Below are positions 1 through 6,680 of a DNA stretch of 21,212 bases, one piece after another. The stretch is taken from the NCBI GenBank assembly GCA_038127595.1, contig JAYPIC010000030.1:1-21212 (forward strand). Reading direction: 5' to 3'. Position numbers and translations under genes: made by a program. A model generated the notes under the pieces. The model was given only the letters and a program-made list of their open reading frames with translations. It did not search any database and was not told where the DNA came from. Numbering within the stretch: position 1 is the stretch's first letter; each line of letters starts with the position of its first letter. This DNA comes from a bacterium. Its GTDB lineage: Bacteria > Fidelibacterota > Marinisomatia > Marinisomatales > UBA1611.

Positions 1-2
1 CT

Positions 3-1694
3 CTTGTACAAGGCAATGATCCTGACCCTGGAATGTTATCAGGTACGATATACTCTAATATTGATGGGAACGTAGTTGACGGAGCTGAAGTAGTAGCATA
101 CAATGTAAATACTACTCAATTATTTTCCATTGAAACATCGGATGACGGTTACTACCAATTATTCTTACCTGAGTCTGAATATTATATTTCAATTAATGCA
201 CCATATCATGAAGAGCTCCTTGATACATTATCCATAATATCGGGTCAATCCTTCACAATGGATTTTAACTTGGATCAGGTAATTGAATATAAAATTTCAG
301 GTGTTGTTTCAGATCAAAATGGGAATCCATTGAGTGGATTTGAGACTTTTGTTACACGCGGGAATGGATATCGTACTACGTACACTAACGAAAATGGTGA
401 GTATGAGTTATTCGTTCCAAATGGTACATATGATGTAGGATCAGGTTCAAATAATTATTTACTTAATCTGGTTAGTGGAGTTGAGGTTCAAGATAATGAT
501 ATAGTATTAGATTTTGTTCTTGAAAGCATTCAAGAATTTGATGGTGGTTTTGCAGGCACGGTTCATTTAAACGATGGTGATATGACCTCCGTTCAAATTA
601 ATGTGTGGGATAATAACTCTACTTATAATGCTTATGTTTCTAGTGATGACAATGGAGCATTTGCGCTTCCTCTTGTTAATGGTACTTATACTATATATGC
701 CTGGGTTCCTAACTCAGATTATGAGTCTATTTACATTCCGAATGCTTTTACTGTAGATAATAATGTTGTTAGTTATGACCTGTATTTTATTGCTCCTGAT
801 GGTCCTGAAGCTCCAACTATTGTTTTACTAGAAGATGTTCCAAATGATCAAGGTGGGCAATTAGAACTGGCTTGGACGCCTGGTGAGCCTAGAGAGTATG
901 AGATATTCCCTCAGTATAGCGTATGGCGTATGGATGGCGAATGGAATCTTGTTGCAACAGTCCCTTATCATGGTTTTGATCTTTATAATATGGTTGTACC
1001 AACGCTAGGAGATTCTACTTCCGATGGCATTTTTGAAAGTATGTTTATGGTAACAGCGCATACATTAGACCAGAATACTTTCTTTGACTCTAACCCCTTA
1101 ACAGGCTACTCAATTGATAATATTTTTCCTGCGATCCCTCAACAGCTTATGGCAAGTGTGGAGGGAGAAATTGTAGAATTAAACTGGGATATATCATCTG
1201 ATGAAGATTTCAGTTATTACAATGTCTACAGGCAAGATCAATCCTCACTAGAGGCTGCTACTATTTTTGAGACAGAAAATAATAATTATTCTGATAATAT
1301 TGATATAGATGGAGACTATCAATATTGGGTAACAGCAGTAGATGTTAATGGCAATGAGAGTGATCCTTCTGAACCAGCTATGGTGACCTTAGGAGTTCAA
1401 GAAGATCTGATGCCAATGGAGTTTGCATTAATGCAGAACTATCCAAACCCGTTTAATCCTAGTACTCAGATCATGTATTCATTACCTAAAACAAGCTTAG
1501 TTAAAATTGTTATTTATGATATGTTAGGTTCAAAAGTTCGTACATTGTACAGCGGCGTTCAAGATGCTGGATATAAAAATGTTTTATGGAATGCTACAAA
1601 TGAAACTGGAGATCCAGTGTCAGCTGGGATGTACATTTATACAATTGAGGCAGGAAGCTTTTTTGCATCGAAGAAAATGATATTACTTAAGTAG
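3..1694 (+). CDS. 5'-truncated secreted/surface protein: ~3 carboxypeptidase-regulatory-like (prealbumin-fold) repeats, FN3-like domains and a C-terminal T9SS type A / FlgD-Ig sorting domain
   Basis: The frame is open from base 3 (LVQGNDPDPG precedes the ATG at 33), so the true start lies outside the window. Repeats read SGTI..NVVDGAEV / ISGVVSDQNGNPLSG / TNENGEYEL..NGTYDV / DDNGAFAL..NGTYTI. FN3-like segment: VELNW..YYNVYR..YQYWVTAVDVNGNES. C-terminal tail: FALMQNYPNPFNPST..IYDMLG..WNATN..SAGMYIY..KKMILLK. Confidence 0.9.
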   Translation, partial: LVQGNDPDPGMLSGTIYSNIDGNVVDGAEVVAYNVNTTQLFSIETSDDGYYQLFLPESEYYISINAPYHEELLDTLSIISGQSFTMDFNLDQVIEYKISGVVSDQNGNPLSGFETFVTRGNGYRTTYTNENGEYELFVPNGTYDVGSGSNNYLLNLVSGVEVQDNDIVLDFVLESIQEFDGGFAGTVHLNDGDMTSVQINVWDNNSTYNAYVSSDDNGAFALPLVNGTYTIYAWVPNSDYESIYIPNAFTVDNNVVSYDLYFIAPDGPEAPTIVLLEDVPNDQGGQLELAWTPGEPREYEIFPQYSVWRMDGEWNLVATVPYHGFDLYNMVVPTLGDSTSDGIFESMFMVTAHTLDQNTFFDSNPLTGYSIDNIFPAIPQQLMASVEGEIVELNWDISSDEDFSYYNVYRQDQSSLEAATIFETENNNYSDNIDIDGDYQYWVTAVDVNGNESDPSEPAMVTLGVQEDLMPMEFALMQNYPNPFNPSTQIMYSLPKTSLVKIVIYDMLGSKVRTLYSGVQDAGYKNVLWNATNETGDPVSAGMYIYTIEAGSFFASKKMILLK

Positions 1695-1772
1695 AATTAA
1701 TTCTTTAATTCATCATATTCTCGATCATAATAATTTATTATTTTTCAATGTAAATTATTTTAAGATATCTTT

Positions 1773-4679
1773 GTGTTTAATTTTAAAAAACATACTACCA
1801 TATATATTATTGGTGCTTTTTTCGCATCATGTTCGATAGAGCCTGATCTTGATAAGCTCCCAATAATTCAGCCATCACTAGGTTTCTCAGTTTATCAAGA
1901 ATCTATTACATTAAATGATGTTGATATACTTACTGGGGATTCGAGCATTACTAAAGAATCATACGGAAATAATGATTCAATATTCGTTTTTAGCAAAGTT
2001 GTAAATATCGATAAGCAAGAGGTAGGGGATAAACTTTCAATAGATGACATAAATAAACAGTTTTCCCAAAGCGTTGACAATGTCACAATTGAAGATACTG
2101 AAGTAGAAGAAAAAATAGGGTTTGATCCCGTAGGTATTGATCCAATTGAAAATAAAGTTAGTTCAGAGGTTGGTATAATCTCTCTTGATAATATTGATCC
2201 TCAAGCAACAGAACCTTACTTGTTCTCTTCTATTTATCCAAGTGTTTCAGATATTCCAAATGGTAATACAGTTAACATTCCATCTTTTGACCTTGAGCCT
2301 GTAACAAATGATTTTAGTTTTTCAGATTTTTCGGCAGCTATTTTCAGCGATGGTTCATTATCACTCACTATCATAAATAACCTTGTAATACCTCTAGGGG
2401 ATGTAGATGTACAATTAAAAAATGCGGATGGATCAGATATTGTTGGTGGTTCGACAACGATAGTAGGGCCAATAAATAGCGGCGAACAGCAATCAGCTTT
2501 ATTAGATCTATCTAACGTTACTTTACCTGGTGATATCATTGTTGAGGTTACTGGTAGCAGCCCAGGTCAAAATAATGTATTGATAGATGATGATGCTAAA
2601 AATTCTTCTTTTTCTGTTGAAATAACAGGGAGTGGACTTGAGGTAACTTCAGCAACAGCTAAGATACCTGCCCAGACAATTTCAGAAGTTGGGACTATTG
2701 ATTTAGCATCCGATTCTAACAAGGTTGTTCTTGCAACTATTGCTGCAGGAAAACTTGTCATAGACATCGATAACTATATGGCTATTACAAGTGAAATGAA
2801 TCTTTCTATACCATCTCTCAAAACTCCAGATGGTTCTAATTTTCAAACCAGTATAAATGTAGGGGCTAATTCCTCTAACCTGGTTAGTGAGACCAATATA
2901 TCTGGATATGCGTTATCTATGTCAATTGATGAACAATCTGTAGACTATAGTTATGATGTTACAACTGAGGATTCTGGTGAAGATCTCATTATTATTTCAT
3001 CTACAGATAGTATCATTGTAAAAATAATTTTAGAAGGCCCAGTAGAAGGGCAGCAACTATCCTTCTCCGACTTTGAGGGCAAGGTAACTCCGCAGGACCT
3101 TGGTTTTGATGGGCAGATGAATATTGAAAGTGATTCTGATATTTTAGAAGCTAATCTTAATAGTGGCAGTTTAATCCTCAATATTAATAATGGCATCAAT
3201 ACAAGCTCCAATGGCTCCCCAGAAGCTATCATTACCATTGATGAAATTGTTAATGTTGAAACTAGTCAACCTCTGGTCATAGAGACAGGTCCTATGTTTG
3301 GAGAGCTTGCTCCTATCGAAATTGATCTAAGTGGATATAAAATACAAATGCCTCAAAATGATCAATCTCTGAATTATTCAGCTGATGTTACAACGGCGTA
3401 TGAAGTAGGAACATATAGTTTGTTAGATTCTATTATCATTGATATCATTGTTTCTGACCTTGGTTTCTCCACCGTTAGAGGATTTTTCTCTCAGGATGCA
3501 ATGTCTGATTCAAATTCTATATCTTTAGATGACTCAACGATTGTACATAGTGCAGTCTTAAAATCTGGAGACCTTTCTTTAACAATAGATAACAGTATAG
3601 GCGTTGTTGCAGATGTATTTTTTCAGATAAACGAATTTTATAAAAATTCTGTATCATTAGATACTTCATTTACCATTAGTCCAGGAGTCTCAGATGTTGA
3701 GATTGATCTTAGTGGGTATAATCTTATTTTGCCATCGGATGTCGATACTCAAAAGGTTAATTATATATCAAATATTTCATTGCCATCAGATCAAGAAATG
3801 ACACTTTCTTTAAGTGATTCAATCGCTATTTCAGTTAACATGACTAATATGGCATTTCAATCTGTTACTGGTCAAATAAATCCTGTTACTGTAGAGATCG
3901 ACCCAGTTGAACAATCTATTGACGCATTACCTGAAGAGTTAGATGGGTTTGATTTTGAGGATGTTGAGATGGTGCTTGATTTCACTTCTAGCATAGATCT
4001 TCCAGTTTATCTTGATTTGATCATTACAGCATATAATGACACGAATGGTGATTCAATTATAAAAAATGTTACTCAGAATATTCATGCTAACCCTAGTGTC
4101 CAAATCCCTGATGCCTCATCTTTAATTAATATAAGACCTGATCGTATCATTGCGCGTGGTTCAGCTCAAGTTGGTGATTTAGATTCAGTCGGAACAGTAG
4201 CAAGTGATGATTCCCTTTCAGGTGTGATGAATGTAAGAGCGCCTTTAATGTTTATTGTGGATGCTGATGCTGTTATTAGCCCAGATCCTGTTGAGTTAGT
4301 AGAGCAAGGAGATAGTCTTGGAATTCCTGATGATATAATAGATGCAGCTCTCATTTTAAAAATTGATAACCAATGGGAATTTGGAGCAAGCGTAGCTGTT
4401 ATATTAGGGCCTGATTCATTGTCTATTGAAAACGGGGAAGTAGATACCTTATTATCTGGTTTTTCTTTTAATCCTGACGCTTCTGTAGTTGATACAATGT
4501 ATCTAGATCAAGATAAGTTTCAGCTTTTAAAAAGGTCTCCTAGCTGGATTCAACCTCAGGTTAGCGTTATATCTGAAAGTGGTGCCCCAGTCAAGTTTTT
4601 AAGTACAGACACTCTTACAATAACAATTGATGGCATATCGTCATCGATTGATCTATCAAGTTTAGCTAGTAGTGATTAA
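1773..4679 (+). CDS. Large acidic, beta-rich lipoprotein of unknown function with ~135-aa internal repeats
   Basis: 968-aa ORF with a GTG start. N-terminal KK plus a hydrophobic stretch ends in lipobox FAS-C (Cys20, 1830-1832). Recurring motifs are G.L.L.I.N, (D/N)(L/I)SGY and DSI(I/A). Function is not recognisable. Confidence 0.8.
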   Translation: MFNFKKHTTIYIIGAFFASCSIEPDLDKLPIIQPSLGFSVYQESITLNDVDILTGDSSITKESYGNNDSIFVFSKVVNIDKQEVGDKLSIDDINKQFSQSVDNVTIEDTEVEEKIGFDPVGIDPIENKVSSEVGIISLDNIDPQATEPYLFSSIYPSVSDIPNGNTVNIPSFDLEPVTNDFSFSDFSAAIFSDGSLSLTIINNLVIPLGDVDVQLKNADGSDIVGGSTTIVGPINSGEQQSALLDLSNVTLPGDIIVEVTGSSPGQNNVLIDDDAKNSSFSVEITGSGLEVTSATAKIPAQTISEVGTIDLASDSNKVVLATIAAGKLVIDIDNYMAITSEMNLSIPSLKTPDGSNFQTSINVGANSSNLVSETNISGYALSMSIDEQSVDYSYDVTTEDSGEDLIIISSTDSIIVKIILEGPVEGQQLSFSDFEGKVTPQDLGFDGQMNIESDSDILEANLNSGSLILNINNGINTSSNGSPEAIITIDEIVNVETSQPLVIETGPMFGELAPIEIDLSGYKIQMPQNDQSLNYSADVTTAYEVGTYSLLDSIIIDIIVSDLGFSTVRGFFSQDAMSDSNSISLDDSTIVHSAVLKSGDLSLTIDNSIGVVADVFFQINEFYKNSVSLDTSFTISPGVSDVEIDLSGYNLILPSDVDTQKVNYISNISLPSDQEMTLSLSDSIAISVNMTNMAFQSVTGQINPVTVEIDPVEQSIDALPEELDGFDFEDVEMVLDFTSSIDLPVYLDLIITAYNDTNGDSIIKNVTQNIHANPSVQIPDASSLINIRPDRIIARGSAQVGDLDSVGTVASDDSLSGVMNVRAPLMFIVDADAVISPDPVELVEQGDSLGIPDDIIDAALILKIDNQWEFGASVAVILGPDSLSIENGEVDTLLSGFSFNPDASVVDTMYLDQDKFQLLKRSPSWIQPQVSVISESGAPVKFLSTDTLTITIDGISSSIDLSSLASSD
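2328..3880 (+). repeat. Four degenerate ~132-139 aa protein repeats inside the lipoprotein
   Basis: The Gly of the G.L.L.I.N motif falls at 2352, 2748, 3165 and 3567 (spacings 396, 417 and 402 nt). At DNA level, attgatctaagtggatataa (3321) matches attgatcttagtgggtataa (3702). Confidence 0.7.
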
Positions 4680-4680
4680 C

Positions 4681-6189
4681 ATGAAAAAAGTAGTCATAAT
4701 ATTATCGATTATTTCTTTTTTAATTGGGCAAACGAATCCCATTGATATAGCAACTACTGGTGCGAACAAGTTAAGAATGCATGGGCAGTTAAATATTTTT
4801 CAGAATCCTGCAACATTGGGTCATTCGTTAGGCCAAATAAAAATAGACTCATCGTACACTGAAGATTCTTTAAATGATTTTAATGAAAATTTAGAAAAGG
4901 CAGAAGATCTTGAAGATGCAGTTGAGGATAGTGTAGATAATGAATTCTCTGAGTTCGATGATAATCAAAGCGATCTTACTGATACTTTATCTTTAAAAAT
5001 AGAAGAAGTTACTGCTTATTCAGATTCTATAATTGCTGATTCAGTTCAGAGTAAATCTAGTTTCAGCATGAACCTTTTTAGTGTATCACTTGGATTAGGA
5101 AGTGGGTCGATCACTCCAGATTGGATCAATAATCAATTATTTGGAGGCAGAGACCTTAGAAATGCAGATCAAAGAAAATCTTTTTTAAAAGGCATATCAA
5201 AAGATATTAATGTCCAGGTTCCACTTTATTCTAGTCTGCCATTGATCAATTTTAGTTTTGGCTCAAACATTATTAGTTTAGGACAAGTAGTAAGTTACAC
5301 TTCTGTAAATATTCCAAAAGATCTAGCACAGGTTCCATTTGTTGGGTTAGAAAAAGATGAAGAGTTAAATATTAACTCTTTGAGTATAGAGCACATTTCA
5401 TATCTACCAGTATCGTACTCTAAGGGTTTTGCACTTAAGCCAGGTTTAATTCCTTTTGGAAATAAAAGTTATGCTGGCGTAAGAGCAAGTCTTCTTATTG
5501 GATTAACAGAGGTACATACCAAGAAAGTTGAAGGAATTGTTAAGGGTACTGAGACAAATACGATAATGGATGCTGATATAGAAATTGGCTCCTCATTGCC
5601 AGTTTCAATCGATGATTCCATGCCAGCAGGATCTATTCCCATTGGCCTTGGAATTGACCTTGGTGTAATAACTGAAATAGATGAAAAACTATCTATTGGC
5701 TTGAGCTTAGATAATTTATTGGCCTCATTTAATTGGGATGGTGCAACTATTTACTCTGCTAGAGCCCAAGGCGAAATAGAGCCTGATGAAATTACTGAGG
5801 CAGATTCCTTATCTGATTTATTATCTCAGTCTGAGTTAAAAGAAAGTTCGAGCTATAAAACTAGTTTGCCTACTTCAATGAATTTAAGTGGTACGTATAA
5901 AGCAGATGATTGGGTTACGTTGGATGCAAACATTAGGATTGACATTACAGATAGTTATTGGGGTAGTAATAAACCCCTTTTTTCAATTAGCTCAGAATTT
6001 TTTCCATCTACCAAAGCACCAATTTACTTAGGGATGTCTTTTGGAGGAGAAAATAGTTTTGTTTGGGGCACTGGAATTAGTTTAAAAATGGGTTCAGTTA
6101 TCTTTGATGTCAGTGGCGGCCAAATGGGTGGTTTATTTAATGATGCTACTGGAATGCAATTTGGATTTGGATTAAGAATCCAAAAGTAA
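4681..6189 (+). CDS. Outer-membrane beta-barrel protein, DUF5723 / TraF / FadL-like superfamily
   Basis: ATG at 4681 (MKKVVIILSIISFLIG-Q signal peptide) is preferred over GTG 4672. Early IFQNPATLG motif, GLGIDLG..., LSIGLSLDNL, LPTSMNLSG and alternating amphipathic strands ending GMQFGFGLRI. It starts 1 nt after the lipoprotein stop. Confidence 0.75.
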   Translation: MKKVVIILSIISFLIGQTNPIDIATTGANKLRMHGQLNIFQNPATLGHSLGQIKIDSSYTEDSLNDFNENLEKAEDLEDAVEDSVDNEFSEFDDNQSDLTDTLSLKIEEVTAYSDSIIADSVQSKSSFSMNLFSVSLGLGSGSITPDWINNQLFGGRDLRNADQRKSFLKGISKDINVQVPLYSSLPLINFSFGSNIISLGQVVSYTSVNIPKDLAQVPFVGLEKDEELNINSLSIEHISYLPVSYSKGFALKPGLIPFGNKSYAGVRASLLIGLTEVHTKKVEGIVKGTETNTIMDADIEIGSSLPVSIDDSMPAGSIPIGLGIDLGVITEIDEKLSIGLSLDNLLASFNWDGATIYSARAQGEIEPDEITEADSLSDLLSQSELKESSSYKTSLPTSMNLSGTYKADDWVTLDANIRIDITDSYWGSNKPLFSISSEFFPSTKAPIYLGMSFGGENSFVWGTGISLKMGSVIFDVSGGQMGGLFNDATGMQFGFGLRIQK

Positions 6190-6193
6190 AAAT

Positions 6194-6652
6194 TTATTTT
6201 GGGGCGTAAGCCTTAGCCCACTTTGATTCAGGAGCAATCGCAATAAGTTCTTTTTCTTTTGCTCTTGCAGTTGTTTCATCACCAAGCTTACGATAGATCT
6301 GAATCATGTAATGTCTAACTTCGGGAATCTTAGCATGGTTTTTATCTTTCTTTTCTAATCTACTAAGCGTTTTCATGAGCTTTCCCAAAGCCGATTGAAG
6401 CTCCATTTTATTAGGACCTTTCATAGACTTTCTGTAGTAAAGATGGTGTAGAGCTTCATCCTCAGCTTCAGCACCACGAACACCAGCCACTGTTACAACT
6501 TGTTCAACTTCGCCCTCTACTTCATTGATCTCTTCAATCTCTTCCCAGACGGTAGTATCCCATAGATCATCTAAATTGACGTCTTCATCCTCATCTTGTG
6601 CGAGGAGAAATGAAAAGAAGACAATAGGTAATATATAATAGAACTTTTTCAT
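6194..6652 (-). CDS. Small exported protein: signal peptide, acidic N-terminal half with VAGVRGA motif, C-terminal TPR-like helix pair
   Basis: 152 aa with signal MKKFYYILPIVFFSFLLA-Q. The C-terminus PEVRHYMIQIYRKLGDETTARAKEKELIAIAPESKWA resembles the last TPR of CpoB/BamD-type proteins. It is the last gene of the minus-strand run. Confidence 0.75.
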   Translation of the reverse strand: MKKFYYILPIVFFSFLLAQDEDEDVNLDDLWDTTVWEEIEEINEVEGEVEQVVTVAGVRGAEAEDEALHHLYYRKSMKGPNKMELQSALGKLMKTLSRLEKKDKNHAKIPEVRHYMIQIYRKLGDETTARAKEKELIAIAPESKWAKAYAPK

Positions 6653-6680
6653 GTTTTCAATATTACGACATTAGGCATTA

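Noticed and set aside
4672..4680. GTG start at 4672 for the barrel gene
   Set aside because: ATG at 4681 gives a canonical MKK signal peptide and lies just after the upstream stop.
6186..6200. Terminator between the convergent genes ending at 6189 and 6194
   Set aside because: Only 4 nt separate the stop codons and no GC-rich hairpin with a U-tract is visible.
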